From Deltaproteobacteria bacterium (GTDB lineage Bacteria > Desulfobacterota > Syntrophobacteria > BM002), in the NCBI GenBank assembly GCA_022340515.1, contig JAJDNT010000056.1, positions 1 to 53,852 on the forward strand: a DNA stretch of 53,852 nucleotides. The letters run 5' to 3'. The notes beneath the pieces are model-generated. The model had not been told where the DNA came from, searched no databases, and saw only the letters and a program-made list of their open reading frames with translations. This document shows, piece after piece, positions 1 to 10,004 of this stretch (position 1 is its first letter; every line of letters begins with the position of its first letter). Made by a program: the position numbers and the translations under genes.

Positions 1-383
1 TACCAAACCATGGCCAAATGGAGCAAAAATAGGACTAAACCAGCAAGTCCCTGGAGAGTGAAACTAGCGCGTATGAGGGCAACAGTGGTGAGGTAGTATT
101 TTATGTCCAGCAGATAAATCTGAGCACAAAAAAAGACTAGAGCCAAAAGTGATTGGCGGGTTATGCTGCGATGGTAGAGGACCGCCCAATGGGTGCTTAC
201 CCTAGCCCCCGACATTTTTGCGGTAAGCCCTCTAAAAACCTGCCTGTTGATGAGTCCGAAGAGGAACAGCAGGGTTAGGCTAGAGGCGAAAGTGAGCCAA
301 AAGGAAAGCCGTGGTGCCGGGGATGGCTGCTGAGTGGAGAAGATAAGCAGGACAACGATGAAATATATAAAATTTGTGTACAT
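1..383 (-). CDS. hypothetical integral membrane protein, N-terminal part (gene runs off the left edge of the window)
   Basis: Own translation of the minus strand from ATG at 383 gives MYTNFIYFIVVLLIFSTQQPSPAPRLSFWLTFASSLTLLFLFGLINRQVF...LAGLVLFLLHLAMVW. It is 127 codons, open to position 1 and strongly hydrophobic. It is missing from the ORF track because no stop codon lies inside the window. No family recognised. Confidence 0.45.
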   Translation of the reverse strand, partial: MYTNFIYFIVVLLIFSTQQPSPAPRLSFWLTFASSLTLLFLFGLINRQVFRGLTAKMSGARVSTHWAVLYHRSITRQSLLALVFFCAQIYLLDIKYYLTTVALIRASFTLQGLAGLVLFLLHLAMVW

Positions 384-420
384 GCAGAGACATCCGTTAT
401 CATAAATTCTGGGGTTCTGG

Positions 421-512
421 CAACCTTAAAACAAAACCACAAAGAACACGAAGAACACAAAGATTTCAATATTATTGTAACAATCTCTTTGTGATCTTTG
501 TGCCCTTTGTGG
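421..512 (-). terminator. intrinsic-terminator-like hairpin downstream of the DapA-fold gene; arms are built from cacaaag-type word repeats
   Basis: Arm 437-462 is CCACAAAGAACACGAAGAACACAAAG. Arm 487-512 is CTTTGTGATCTTTGTGCCCTTTGTGG. They pair at 22 of 26 positions with a 24-nt loop. On the minus strand the hairpin is followed by TTTTGTTTTAAGG (reverse complement of 421-436). Confidence 0.5.
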
Positions 513-583
513 TGAAAGGCGCCCCGTTTCTTTTGGCAAGGGACAAATCCGCCCCAGGCAAAAACTCGCTGAGTCCCCAATGT

Positions 584-1522
584 TTATGGTTCTGGAAGAT
601 GCTCCAGGATTCTTTCTTTTGCCCTTTCTTCTTCGGGGGCCAAACCCTTGGTTTTCCCTGATATCAAACCCCAGGCAGCCAGTACTGCAGGAATTATACT
701 GGCTGGAGATTGTTTGTAGTGTTTTTGCAAAGTTCGCACTCGTTGGCCTGATTCCCATAGATGGCGGAAACTGGCGGCCTGACCTAAATGGTCGTCCTCC
801 AAGTTAAGGGAGGCCAAGGTGATTGTCCTCCAATCATAAGGCAAAAGATTGGCTCCTACTGAAATCACTCCACTGGCGCTGGGGCGCTTAAGGAAATTGC
901 TTTCCCCCCCGTCATAGACTAAAAAATCAGATCTGCCCCTGACTGCTTTCTGGTAATTTATTCCCCTCCGAAGATCACCTCGGTGTATAAGTGCTATCAA
1001 ACGTGGTTCCTGAACAAGTTTTTTCAATACAGCCGTCCGGATATTCTTCCGCTTGGTTGTGTCGCCGATTTTTCTTATCAGTTGCGGATCATTATCGACA
1101 ATCAAGTTGAATTCAGTATCTCTAAGGAGACTTTGGTAATATTCGGGCAGGCCACGATTACTATGGTAGAAGAGTGGTGTGTCCACCCAGGCGAGAGGGC
1201 CGCGGTATTTGAGACGACGACAGACATTTTCGAGTTGGCTGCAGATGTGTACAGTTTGCTCTGCAGATGTACCGGTAATACGTATCCAAAGGGGAAGGTC
1301 AGGAGGTGCAAGAGCAATTGCCTCCTCCAGCAAGGAGGATGAAGCCGGGCCGCAGCAGTTGGCATCGGGACACCAGAACATGGGATCCAAAAACAACCCT
1401 GCAACTGCTGGTTGTAATCGAGCTATGAGTGACTCGAGACTCCGGTAAACTGAACGATTTTCGGAGCTTGGCACCAGGGCCAGCGAACAGATCAAACCTC
1501 TGGGTGTTACAGGGTTATTCAT
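584..1522 (-). CDS. dihydrodipicolinate synthase (DapA)/N-acetylneuraminate lyase-fold family protein, divergent
   Basis: 312-aa ORF. The overall pattern resembles class I aldolase DapA-family proteins (ITGTSAEQ for GTTGE, later DNDP.. and LIALIHRGD segments). The usual YN.P Tyr and the Schiff-base Lys appear to be replaced in a by-eye alignment. Confidence 0.45.
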   Translation of the reverse strand: MNNPVTPRGLICSLALVPSSENRSVYRSLESLIARLQPAVAGLFLDPMFWCPDANCCGPASSSLLEEAIALAPPDLPLWIRITGTSAEQTVHICSQLENVCRRLKYRGPLAWVDTPLFYHSNRGLPEYYQSLLRDTEFNLIVDNDPQLIRKIGDTTKRKNIRTAVLKKLVQEPRLIALIHRGDLRRGINYQKAVRGRSDFLVYDGGESNFLKRPSASGVISVGANLLPYDWRTITLASLNLEDDHLGQAASFRHLWESGQRVRTLQKHYKQSPASIIPAVLAAWGLISGKTKGLAPEEERAKERILEHLPEP

Positions 1523-1646
1523 TTTTCAGCATCTATCAGAGGTGTCTTTTGGGATGTGTGATGTGGGATGTGCGAACAGCAAAAGCCTCCAAGGGGACCT
1601 CATATCTCACATCACATATCTCACATCTCCATTCGGATTTGTTCAC

Positions 1647-2669
1647 TTACATAGTGAACTTGATGTGACCTTTGCCGAGGAGATCGTGGAGATGAATAAT
1701 CCCCAACAGCTCACCCTTGGGACCCGTTACGGGTAAGACGGTGATTTCATGCTGTTCCATGATCTCCAAGGCGTCTGCTACAAAGCCGCTAAAGTAAACA
1801 GTCTTGGGGTTCTTGGTCATAATGGCTTTGACAGGCTTTTCCAACAACTTCTCATACCTGCATAATCCACGCCGCAGGTCACCGTCAGTGACAATCCCTA
1901 CCAACCTGTCAGACTCATCCATCACAAGAGTTGACCCCAGAGTCTTTTCATCCATTTCCTTTATGGCCTCACTCACCAGAGTTTCTTCTCGGACTCTTGG
2001 GATGCTGGAACCGGTGCGCATAATCATCTCGATTGGAGCCCGCAGCCTTTCTCCCAATACTCCGCCAGGATGGCAGCGATGGAAATCCGCGGGCTGAAAC
2101 CTCCGCCTGTTGATGAGTGCCACGCAAAGAGCGTCTCCAAGGGCGAGCATGGCGGTAGTGCTGGCTGTTGGGGCCAAACCAAAGGGACAGGCCTCTCGTT
2201 CAACCCCGGCGTAAACAGTAAGGTCACTGTTTCGACCCAAAGTAGAGTCGCTATTTCCAGTGAAACAGATAATGCGTGTTCCCAAATCCTTTAGGGTTGG
2301 CAGGATCATCTTCAGTTCATCAGTCTCACCACTGCTGGATAAAATCAGGACTATGTCGTCCGGACTAACCATTCCGAGGTCGCCGTGCATGGCCTCCACA
2401 GGGTGCAAGAAAAGCGATTGAGTACCGGTACTATTTAGCGTGGCGACAATCTTGCGGCCAACTATTCCTGATTTACCAATTCCGGTAACAATCACTCGGC
2501 CACGAGTCTTGTATATCCACTGCACTGCTTCAGCGAATTCTTCCCCTACCCGGTCGATGAGACTGTAGATGCCCTCTGCTTCAATGCGGAGCACATCCTT
2601 TGCTTCGCGAATAGTTTTGACTGCACCCCGGCGCTTATTACTCTTCTTGGGTTTGACCATAACACTCAC
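1647..2669 (-). CDS. kdsD: arabinose-5-phosphate isomerase (KpsF/GutQ family, SIS domain + tandem CBS)
   Basis: 340 aa. SIS motifs are VIVTGIGKSGIVGRKIVATL and SSSGETDE. A C-terminal CBS pair is present (MTKNPKTV..., ITVLPV...GIIHLHDLL). Confidence 0.9.
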   Translation of the reverse strand: MSVMVKPKKSNKRRGAVKTIREAKDVLRIEAEGIYSLIDRVGEEFAEAVQWIYKTRGRVIVTGIGKSGIVGRKIVATLNSTGTQSLFLHPVEAMHGDLGMVSPDDIVLILSSSGETDELKMILPTLKDLGTRIICFTGNSDSTLGRNSDLTVYAGVEREACPFGLAPTASTTAMLALGDALCVALINRRRFQPADFHRCHPGGVLGERLRAPIEMIMRTGSSIPRVREETLVSEAIKEMDEKTLGSTLVMDESDRLVGIVTDGDLRRGLCRYEKLLEKPVKAIMTKNPKTVYFSGFVADALEIMEQHEITVLPVTGPKGELLGIIHLHDLLGKGHIKFTM

Positions 2670-2703
2670 TCACGGATTCTTCTTTTGGTGGAGGAATGAC
2701 ATT

Positions 2704-4143
2704 TCAAAGCTGTTGGCTTGAGGCCGAATTTGTTTCCATGCAGTGCTTATGAAGGTCATCGGTGAAACTGACCGGATACTCTCCATTAAAACAGGCAAGA
2801 CAAAAACCTGCGGTATCCATGTTTATTGCTCTCAAGAGTCCCTCAAGGCTGAGATAGTGAATGCTATCAAGGCCTAGATACCTTTTGATCTCCTCAGTAG
2901 TATGGGTGGCTGCAAGGAGTTCCTTGCGGGTAGGGAAATCAATGCCATAAAAACAGGGATAACGATGGGGCGGACAACTCACTGCCATGTGAACTTCCTG
3001 GGCGCCGGCCTCCCTCAGTGTCTTGACACGATTTTTGGTGGTGGTACCGCGGACGATTGAGTCTTCTATTATGAGGAGTCGCCTGTTGCTCAACAGGGGG
3101 CGCACGGGATTCAGTTTTACTTTTACATGGAAGTCCCGCATGGCCTGGGTAGGCTCGATAAAAGTGCGGCCTACGTAGTGGTTACGGATTACGCCCATTT
3201 CCAATGGAATGCCTGATTCCTCCGCGAATCCGAGGGCGGCATAGTTACCAGAGTCAGGAAAGGGCATAACTATATCGGCGCTCACCTGATATTCCCGGGA
3301 CATCTCGTGTCCCAGGCGTTTGCGGGCCATATAGACATTCTGTCCAAAAATATTGCTGTCCGGGCGGGCAAAGTAGATGAATTCGAAAATACAGAAGGCT
3401 GTTCGACCAGGATTAGGGAGGTGCCGGGACCTGAGTCCATTCCCATCGATGAAGACCACCTCTCCCGGCTCGACGTCTCGAAGGTAGCGAGCTCCTATTA
3501 GGTCGAGGGCACAAGTCTCTGAGGCAATGACATAGGCGTGGTTATCAATCATGCCCAAACACATGGGGCGAAAGCCATAAGGGTCGCGGGCGCCAATGAT
3601 CTGATCTTCTGCGGCTATTACGAGGGAATAAGCGCCTCTGATTTCACTCAAGGCGTTTAGAAGTGCTTCTTCCAGCCCACCGGATAGCTGGCGGGCAATA
3701 AGGTGAACGATTACCTCGCTGTCCATGGTAGTTTGAAAGATTGAACCCCGCTGCTCCAATTCACATTTCAAGCTGTGGGCATTGACCAGGTTGCCGTTAT
3801 GGGCAATGGAGAGGCTACAGCCTGAATGAGTGATGCAGAAGGGTTGGGCATTTACCAGAACCGACGAGCCAGTGGTGGAATAGCGCACATGTCCAATGCC
3901 CAGATAGCCCTTTAGACTGGCAAGCATATCCTCGTCGAAAATTTCGCTCACCAGACCCATGCCCTTGTGATGAAGCATTATTCGGCCGTCAGAAACACTC
4001 ATGCCCGCACTCTCTTGGCCCCGATGCTGGAGAGCATAGAGTCCGAAATAGGTGAGACGAGCCGTGTCTTCGTGTCCATAAATAGCAAAGATGCCGCACT
4101 CCTCCTTTGGCCTGCCATCAGGGATTATTATGCGGTTCTGCAC
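2704..4143 (-). CDS. purF: amidophosphoribosyltransferase
   Basis: 479 aa. Ntn-type CGIFAIYG follows a short propeptide. The LQHRGQESAG motif and a PRTase loop (LLIIEDSIVRGTT) are present. GTG start with an AGGAA RBS. Confidence 0.95.
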   Translation of the reverse strand: MQNRIIIPDGRPKEECGIFAIYGHEDTARLTYFGLYALQHRGQESAGMSVSDGRIMLHHKGMGLVSEIFDEDMLASLKGYLGIGHVRYSTTGSSVLVNAQPFCITHSGCSLSIAHNGNLVNAHSLKCELEQRGSIFQTTMDSEVIVHLIARQLSGGLEEALLNALSEIRGAYSLVIAAEDQIIGARDPYGFRPMCLGMIDNHAYVIASETCALDLIGARYLRDVEPGEVVFIDGNGLRSRHLPNPGRTAFCIFEFIYFARPDSNIFGQNVYMARKRLGHEMSREYQVSADIVMPFPDSGNYAALGFAEESGIPLEMGVIRNHYVGRTFIEPTQAMRDFHVKVKLNPVRPLLSNRRLLIIEDSIVRGTTTKNRVKTLREAGAQEVHMAVSCPPHRYPCFYGIDFPTRKELLAATHTTEEIKRYLGLDSIHYLSLEGLLRAINMDTAGFCLACFNGEYPVSFTDDLHKHCMETNSASSQQL

Positions 4144-4160
4144 GATCAGTTCCTGTTTAA

Positions 4161-4365
4161 GTGCCTAAAGTGTCTAAAATGACTAGAATGTCTAAAATGC
4201 CTAAGGCTAAAGCAATAGTTTATAAGTGTCAGGTTTCGGGTGTCAGGTGTCAGGGAAGAGAAAGACGATGCTGAAAACTGAAACCTAGCCTCTGCCTTCT
4301 GGCTTCTTACTCTATGCCCTCTGCTCTAGGCTCTATGCTTTCCCAAATCCAAAATCTAAAATTCC
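4161..4365. repeat. mosaic of tandem short-word repeats (tctaaaatg-type nonamers, gtgtcag words, ctatgc heptamers, aaatcc words)
   Basis: 4161-4211 reads gtgcctaaagtgtctaaaatgactagaatgtctaaaatgcctaaggctaaag. 4226-4255 reads gtgtcaggtttcgggtgtcaggtgtcaggg. 4306-4365 reads cttactctatgccctctgctctaggctctatgctttcccaaatccaaaatctaaaattcc. The same word families recur at 9851, 21386, 34885-35040 (inverted) and 51991. Confidence 0.8.
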
Positions 4366-4380
4366 TCGATCCCATGATAC

Positions 4381-7300
4381 CTAAATTCTAAGGTTATTCG
4401 CATGGTACTCCTGTAAAGAGGTGACCTGCAATTCTCCTTCACATATTGCCGCAATCGCCTGGACAAAAGCTTTTGCTCCGGCAATGGTTGTTGCGTAGGG
4501 AAGATTATAAACCAAGGTAGCCCGGCGAATCAAATAAGCATCAGAAGCAGTTTTCCCACCTGTACTGGTGTTGATGACCAAATTAATCTCCTCGTTTTTG
4601 ATGTGGTCTATGACATGGGGACGTCCCTCACTTAATTTGGCTACCATCAGGTTTTGTACTCCGTGTTCGGAGAGAATGGCGGATGTGCCCTGGGTGGCGT
4701 AGATTTTGAAGCCAAGCTTATCAAAATCTTTCGCCACACTTAATATAGCCGACTTGTCCTGATCTCGAACGCTTATAAATACGTTTCCCTTTAGGGGTAG
4801 GGAATAACCAGCCGCTAACTGAGCTTTGGCAAAGGCCATGCCGAAGGTCCTGTCAATGCCCATGACCTCGCCGGTGGATTTCATCTCCGGTCCCAAGAGA
4901 ATGTCCACATTAGGGAACCTGATGAAAGGAAACACCGACTCTTTAACAGCCAGGTGAGTAGGCTCCACTTCGTGGGTAAATCCGAGTTCAGCTAGACTCC
5001 TACCCAGCATGATCTTGGTGGCGAGCTTGGCAAGAGGAACACCAATTGCCTTGCTGACAAAGGGTGCCGTTCGGGAAGCCCGGGGGTTAACCTCCAGGAC
5101 ATAGAGCAAGTTATCCTTAACCGCGTACTGGATGTTCATCAACCCCACGACCGCTAGTTCCTTGGCAAGAGCTTTAGTTTGAACTTTTATCTCCTCGATG
5201 ATTTCCCGGGAGATACTAATGGGTGGAAGCACGCAGGCACTGTCGCCAGAGTGGATGCCTGCCTCCTCTATGTGTTCCATGATGCCGCCAATAACGGTGG
5301 TTCTCCCGTCGGAGATAGCGTCCACATCAATCTCTATGGCGTCTTGGAGAAATTGGTCCACTAGAATGGGGTGGCCGGGGGCGACACTGACCGCCTGTTG
5401 AATAAAGGTCTCCAGTTGCTCCTGTTGGTAAACTATTTCCATGGCACGACCACCCAAGACGTAGGAAGGCCTCACTAGCACCGGGTAGCCAATTTTGTCT
5501 GCTACCTGCAAGGCCTCGGTAGCGCTGGTGGCTATGGCATTTTTAGGTTGCCGCAATCCAAGCTTTTTGAGAAGCTCTTGGAAGCGCTGCCGATCCTCAG
5601 CCCGGTCAATGCTGTCCGGGGTGGTTCCAATAATAGGTGCCTCACATTCAGCTAAAGGAACGGCGAGGTTCAATGGCGTCTGGCCGCCGAACTGGACAAC
5701 GAGGCCCTCCGGCTGTTCACGCTCGACAATGTGCAGAACGTCCTCGAAGGTGAGAGGTTCGAAGTAAAGCTTGTCAGAAGTATCATAGTCGGTGCTCACG
5801 GTCTCCGGGTTGGAATTGACCATGATGGACTGTACTCCTTCCTCTCGTAAGGCAAAAGAGGCGTGGACACAGCAATAATCAAATTCGATACCCTGGCCGA
5901 TTCGGTTGGGACCGCCGCCTAGGATTATTACTTTCCTGGCATCGCTGGGTCTCGATTCATCTTCCGCTTCATAGGTGGAATAGTAGTAGGGTGTGTAAGC
6001 CTCAAACTCGGCGGCGCAGGTATCCACCAGCTTGTAGACAGGGAGGATACCAGCCTGGTATCTTCGAGCGCGGATGGTCTTATCATCACTGCCAGTGAGT
6101 TCCGCCAACCTACGGTCGGAAAAACCGAAAGTCTTGGACTGATGCAAGAGTTCGTCGGTCAGCTCTTGTCCCCGCAAGTGGTCTTCAAAATCCAGAATCT
6201 GCTTGATATTGTGAAGGAACCAGGGATCAATCTTGGTGAGTTGGTATATTTCATCCAAGTCAATTCCTGCCCGCATAGCAGCGGTTAAAAAGAAAAGCCT
6301 TTCCGAATTTGGCTGACTCAGCTTTTTTCGGATCAAGCTTTTACACTCCGGGTCATTCACATTCTCAGGCTGCAGGCCGCTGTCCAAAGAGTATCGGCCG
6401 ATTTCCAATGAGCGCACTGCCTTTTGCAGTGCTTCCTTGAAAGTCCGGCCAATGGCCATGGTCTCGCCTACCGATTTCATCGAGGTGGTCAGGGTATCTT
6501 CAGCTCGAGGAAATTTTTCAAAAGTCCAGCGAGGGATTTTCACCACGCAATAGTCAATGGTTGGTTCGAATGACGCCCGGGTCTCTCGAGTGATATCGTT
6601 GGCAATCTCGTCTAGGCTGTAACCTACAGCCAGTTTTGCGGCAATTTTGGCAATGGGAAACCCAGTGGCTTTTGAGGCAAGAGCGGATGAGCGTGAAACT
6701 CTGGGGTTCATTTCTATTATGACCATTTCACCGTTATGCGGATCGATGGCAAATTGAATATTTGATCCCCCGGTCTCGACCCCGATCTCCCGGATAACGG
6801 CAATGGATGCATCCCGCATGGCCTGGTATTCACGGTCGGTAAGGGTTTGGGCCGGAGCCACCGTAATGCTATCGCCAGTATGAATACCCATGGGGTCGAA
6901 GTTTTCTATGGAGCAAATTATAACCACATTATCCATGTGGTCCCTCATTACCTCCAGTTCGAATTCTTTCCAACCCAAAACCGATTCTTCCAGCATAATT
7001 GTTCCGATCATGCTGGCATCCAGGCCGGCGCGGGCCATTTTTTCAAGATCTTCCCGGTTGTAGACTACACCGCCTCCGGTTCCTCCCAGAGTAAAAGAGG
7101 GACGAATAATAAGGGGATAACCGATTTCCTCCGCTGCTTGGCGGGCTTGCTTCATGGAGCGAGCAATGCGGCTCCCAGGCACTCGCAAACCGATATTCTC
7201 CATGGCAGCGCGGAAAAGCTCACGATCCTCACCTTTTTTAATCACCGGCAAAGAAGCGCCTATTAACTCCACCCCGTAACGATCGAACACACCCATCTCG

Positions 7301-7608
7301 CCGACGGCAACCGCCACGTTGAGTGCGGTCTGGCCTCCAAGGGTGGGTAAGAGGGCATCTGGTCTCTCGCGCTCGATGACTTTAGCGACGCATTCCGGGG
7401 TAATAGGCTCAATGTAGGTTCGCTGCGCCGTCTCCGGGTCGGTCATGATAGTGGCGGGGTTACTGTTTATGAGAACGATATCGAAACCCTCCTCCCGGAG
7501 AGCTTTGCAGGCCTGGGTACCGGAGTAGTCGAACTCACATGCTTGACTTATGATGATAGGCCCCGAACCGATTATGAGGATTTTATTTATGTCTGTTCGT
7601 TTAGGCAT
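4381..7608 (-). CDS. carB: carbamoyl-phosphate synthase large subunit
   Basis: 1075 aa with a duplicated ATP-grasp architecture. N-terminus is [30 protein letters not shown], with a second copy [26 protein letters not shown]-terminal MGS-like domain is present. Confidence 0.97.
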   Translation of the reverse strand: MPKRTDINKILIIGSGPIIISQACEFDYSGTQACKALREEGFDIVLINSNPATIMTDPETAQRTYIEPITPECVAKVIERERPDALLPTLGGQTALNVAVAVGEMGVFDRYGVELIGASLPVIKKGEDRELFRAAMENIGLRVPGSRIARSMKQARQAAEEIGYPLIIRPSFTLGGTGGGVVYNREDLEKMARAGLDASMIGTIMLEESVLGWKEFELEVMRDHMDNVVIICSIENFDPMGIHTGDSITVAPAQTLTDREYQAMRDASIAVIREIGVETGGSNIQFAIDPHNGEMVIIEMNPRVSRSSALASKATGFPIAKIAAKLAVGYSLDEIANDITRETRASFEPTIDYCVVKIPRWTFEKFPRAEDTLTTSMKSVGETMAIGRTFKEALQKAVRSLEIGRYSLDSGLQPENVNDPECKSLIRKKLSQPNSERLFFLTAAMRAGIDLDEIYQLTKIDPWFLHNIKQILDFEDHLRGQELTDELLHQSKTFGFSDRRLAELTGSDDKTIRARRYQAGILPVYKLVDTCAAEFEAYTPYYYSTYEAEDESRPSDARKVIILGGGPNRIGQGIEFDYCCVHASFALREEGVQSIMVNSNPETVSTDYDTSDKLYFEPLTFEDVLHIVEREQPEGLVVQFGGQTPLNLAVPLAECEAPIIGTTPDSIDRAEDRQRFQELLKKLGLRQPKNAIATSATEALQVADKIGYPVLVRPSYVLGGRAMEIVYQQEQLETFIQQAVSVAPGHPILVDQFLQDAIEIDVDAISDGRTTVIGGIMEHIEEAGIHSGDSACVLPPISISREIIEEIKVQTKALAKELAVVGLMNIQYAVKDNLLYVLEVNPRASRTAPFVSKAIGVPLAKLATKIMLGRSLAELGFTHEVEPTHLAVKESVFPFIRFPNVDILLGPEMKSTGEVMGIDRTFGMAFAKAQLAAGYSLPLKGNVFISVRDQDKSAILSVAKDFDKLGFKIYATQGTSAILSEHGVQNLMVAKLSEGRPHVIDHIKNEEINLVINTSTGGKTASDAYLIRRATLVYNLPYATTIAGAKAFVQAIAAICEGELQVTSLQEYHANNLRI

Positions 7609-7740
7609 ATACCTAGCTTTGCATTCAACAAGCCTGGCGTATGGTCTTTATCATTGCAGTGCGACACCCAGTGCAGTAGCTACGGGACACGGCGATTGGG
7701 AGAAATGGAGACGCGACGCCGCGTCCAGAATTACTGGGCA

Positions 7741-8901
7741 TTACCATTGTTTCCCCTTCATCAAGGCAAGGAAGTCATCAAACAGGTATGTTGCATCATG
7801 GGGGCCTGGAGATGCCTCTGGGTGGTATTGGACCGAGTAGATAGGCAATTTCCGGTGCCGCATGCCCTCAAGAGTCTGATCGTTGAGGTTGATGTGAGTG
7901 AGTTCCACATCTTTATTTTTGAGTGAATTTATGTCTACACAAAAACCGTGATTCTGGGAGGTGATTTCTACTTTGCCAGTGCGTAGGTCCTTTACTGGTT
8001 GGTTGCCGCCCCGGTGTCCAAATTTGAGTTTGAAAGTGGTGCCTCCCATGGCCAGACCAAGGAGCTGGTGGCCCAAGCAAATGCCGAAGATGGGCAGTTG
8101 GGTTAGAAGAGCACGAACCGTCTCGATGGCATAAGTCACTCCAGCGGGATCTCCCGGGCCGTTGGAGAGGAAAAGCCCATCGGGTTTCAGGGCCAAGACA
8201 TCAGCTGGTTTTACCTGAGCGGGCAGGACGATAATATGGCAGTCACGCTTGGCCAGATGGCGCAGTATGTTGTATTTGATCCCGTAGTCGAAGGCCACCA
8301 CTTTGTAAGGGTGTCTTGGATTCGGCCAGATGTCTGCTCCCTTCATGCCCGATTTCAGTTCCAGGGGCCGCCTGTCGCCCTGCCACAAATATGGAGAGGA
8401 GGATGTGACATTTGAAACCAGGTCCCGGCCCACCAGTCCAGGATAAGCTCTCACTTTCTCTAACAGTTCCTCGCGTTTGCTCTCCCCAGTTGCCATAATT
8501 CCTTTCATGGCACCTGCGGTACGAATGTGTTTGGTAAGAGCCCGAGTGTCGATTCCCTCAACACCGAGGATTTTAGCTTCCTCTAGGAAGTCCTTGAGAG
8601 TCTTTCGGCTTCGCCAGTTACTGGGATGGGGCATATACTCGCGGACAATGAACCCCTCGACCTGAATTTCCACTGATTCCATGTCTTCATCATTGACCCC
8701 GTAGTTGCCAATGAGTGGATAGGTCATAGCTACTATTTGTCCTTTGTAGGAGGGGTCGCTCAGTACTTCCTGATAGCCCGTCATGGCGGTGTTGAAAACC
8801 ACTTCACCAAGGGTTTCTCCCTCGCCGGCGAAGGCCCTGCCATGAAAGGTCCTGCCGTCTTCCAAAACCAGAGTAACTATAGGTTGGTTGAAACTAACCA
8901 T
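7741..8901 (-). CDS. carA: carbamoyl-phosphate synthase small (glutaminase) subunit
   Basis: 386 aa. Class I amidotransferase motifs are PIFGICLGHQLL and the HGF..H.. region. It lies immediately upstream of carB. Confidence 0.95.
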   Translation of the reverse strand: MVSFNQPIVTLVLEDGRTFHGRAFAGEGETLGEVVFNTAMTGYQEVLSDPSYKGQIVAMTYPLIGNYGVNDEDMESVEIQVEGFIVREYMPHPSNWRSRKTLKDFLEEAKILGVEGIDTRALTKHIRTAGAMKGIMATGESKREELLEKVRAYPGLVGRDLVSNVTSSSPYLWQGDRRPLELKSGMKGADIWPNPRHPYKVVAFDYGIKYNILRHLAKRDCHIIVLPAQVKPADVLALKPDGLFLSNGPGDPAGVTYAIETVRALLTQLPIFGICLGHQLLGLAMGGTTFKLKFGHRGGNQPVKDLRTGKVEITSQNHGFCVDINSLKNKDVELTHINLNDQTLEGMRHRKLPIYSVQYHPEASPGPHDATYLFDDFLALMKGKQW

Positions 8902-9094
8902 AGTGGCCAGTCACCTTATGACATTAAAAATTACCTGACTAGCGGTGCCCACGAATCCATCAACATAATCGTTTTAGTAAAGTATGGCAAGTGTTTTAGC
9001 TGGGCAAAAAATCTTTTCAGTAAAGCTAAATTTGCCACGTTTATAAATAGTTATACTGCAAAGAGTCTTGAAGATTAGGATTTGCTTCGCAGTA

Positions 9095-9832
9095 CTACTG
9101 TTCCATGATTTTTCGGACTCGGGCGAGATCTTCAGGGGTGTCTATGGAGATAGAGTCAAAAGGGGTAACTATCACGGAAATGGAAAAACCATGTTCCAAA
9201 GCGCGAAGTTGCTCGAGTTTTTCCAATTTCTCCAAAACTCCAGGAGAAAGCTTGGTGAACTTTTGCAAAAAGCCATTGCGGTAGCCGTAAAAGCCCAGGT
9301 GTTTGAAATAGGGTGGGGGTGAAGACCTATCCCGGACAGCAGGGATGGGAGAACGGGAGAAATACAGGGCTCTCCCCTTTGCGTTGAGGACAACCTTGAC
9401 AACTCCGGGGTCGGTGAGATCATTTTTATCTGTTTCCTGATAGGCAAGAGTGGCCATGGGAACGTCACTGTTCCCCTGGAGGTTACGCACTAGACTATCA
9501 ATCATTTCAGCTCTTAGCAGAGGTTCGTCACCTTGAATGTTCACCACGATGGCATCGTCTGTGAGCATCAATTTTCGAGCTGCCTCTGCCACTCGATCGG
9601 TACCACTAAGGTGTTCACGGGAGGTCATGAGCACCTCCCCGCCAAATTGAGCAACTGCTTTTTGGATGCGGGTGTCATCAGTGGCCACTACCAGTTTCTC
9701 GAGGGTGGCAGCTTGGGCCGCACGCAGGTAAACGTGTTGAATCATCGGTCGGTCATGGAGCAATACCAGAGGCTTGCCGGGGAGTCGTTTTGAGTCGTAA
9801 CGGGCGGGAATGATTCCCACTACATCAGCCAT
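9095..9832 (-). CDS. kdsB: 3-deoxy-manno-octulosonate cytidylyltransferase (CMP-Kdo synthetase)
   Basis: 245 aa. Motifs are VGIIPARYDSKRLPGKPL and VNIQGDEPL. Confidence 0.92.
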   Translation of the reverse strand: MADVVGIIPARYDSKRLPGKPLVLLHDRPMIQHVYLRAAQAATLEKLVVATDDTRIQKAVAQFGGEVLMTSREHLSGTDRVAEAARKLMLTDDAIVVNIQGDEPLLRAEMIDSLVRNLQGNSDVPMATLAYQETDKNDLTDPGVVKVVLNAKGRALYFSRSPIPAVRDRSSPPPYFKHLGFYGYRNGFLQKFTKLSPGVLEKLEKLEQLRALEHGFSISVIVTPFDSISIDTPEDLARVRKIMEQ

Positions 9833-9850
9833 GAGATACCCCGAGCAAAT

Positions 9851-10004
9851 GTCTAAAATGCCTAAAATTTACCGTAGTCAGTAGCCCGTAGTAAGCGGTA
9901 AGCAGTAATCTTTATCTAGCATCCAGTATCCAGCTTTCAAATCTGCAATCTGCAATGTAAAATCTGCAATCTACTCCATGCTCCATGCCCTATGCTCTAT
10001 GCTA
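9851..10004. repeat. mosaic of tandem short-word repeats upstream of kdsB
   Basis: gtctaaaatgcctaaaat at 9851-9868. cgtagtc/agtagcc/cgtagta/agcggta/agcagta at 9872-9908. aatctgcaatctgcaatgtaaaatctgcaatc at 9939-9971. ctccatgctccatgccctatgctctatgc at 9974-10002. Confidence 0.8.

Noticed and set aside
275-580. A 101-aa minus-strand ORF with a His/Lys-rich stretch (HHKGHKDHKE), together with the overlapping plus-strand ORFs at 374-661 and 580-807.
   Set aside because: The His/Lys stretch is simply the translation of the cacaaag word-repeat hairpin. The ORF overlaps the better-supported membrane-protein frame starting at 383 and the terminator-like structure.
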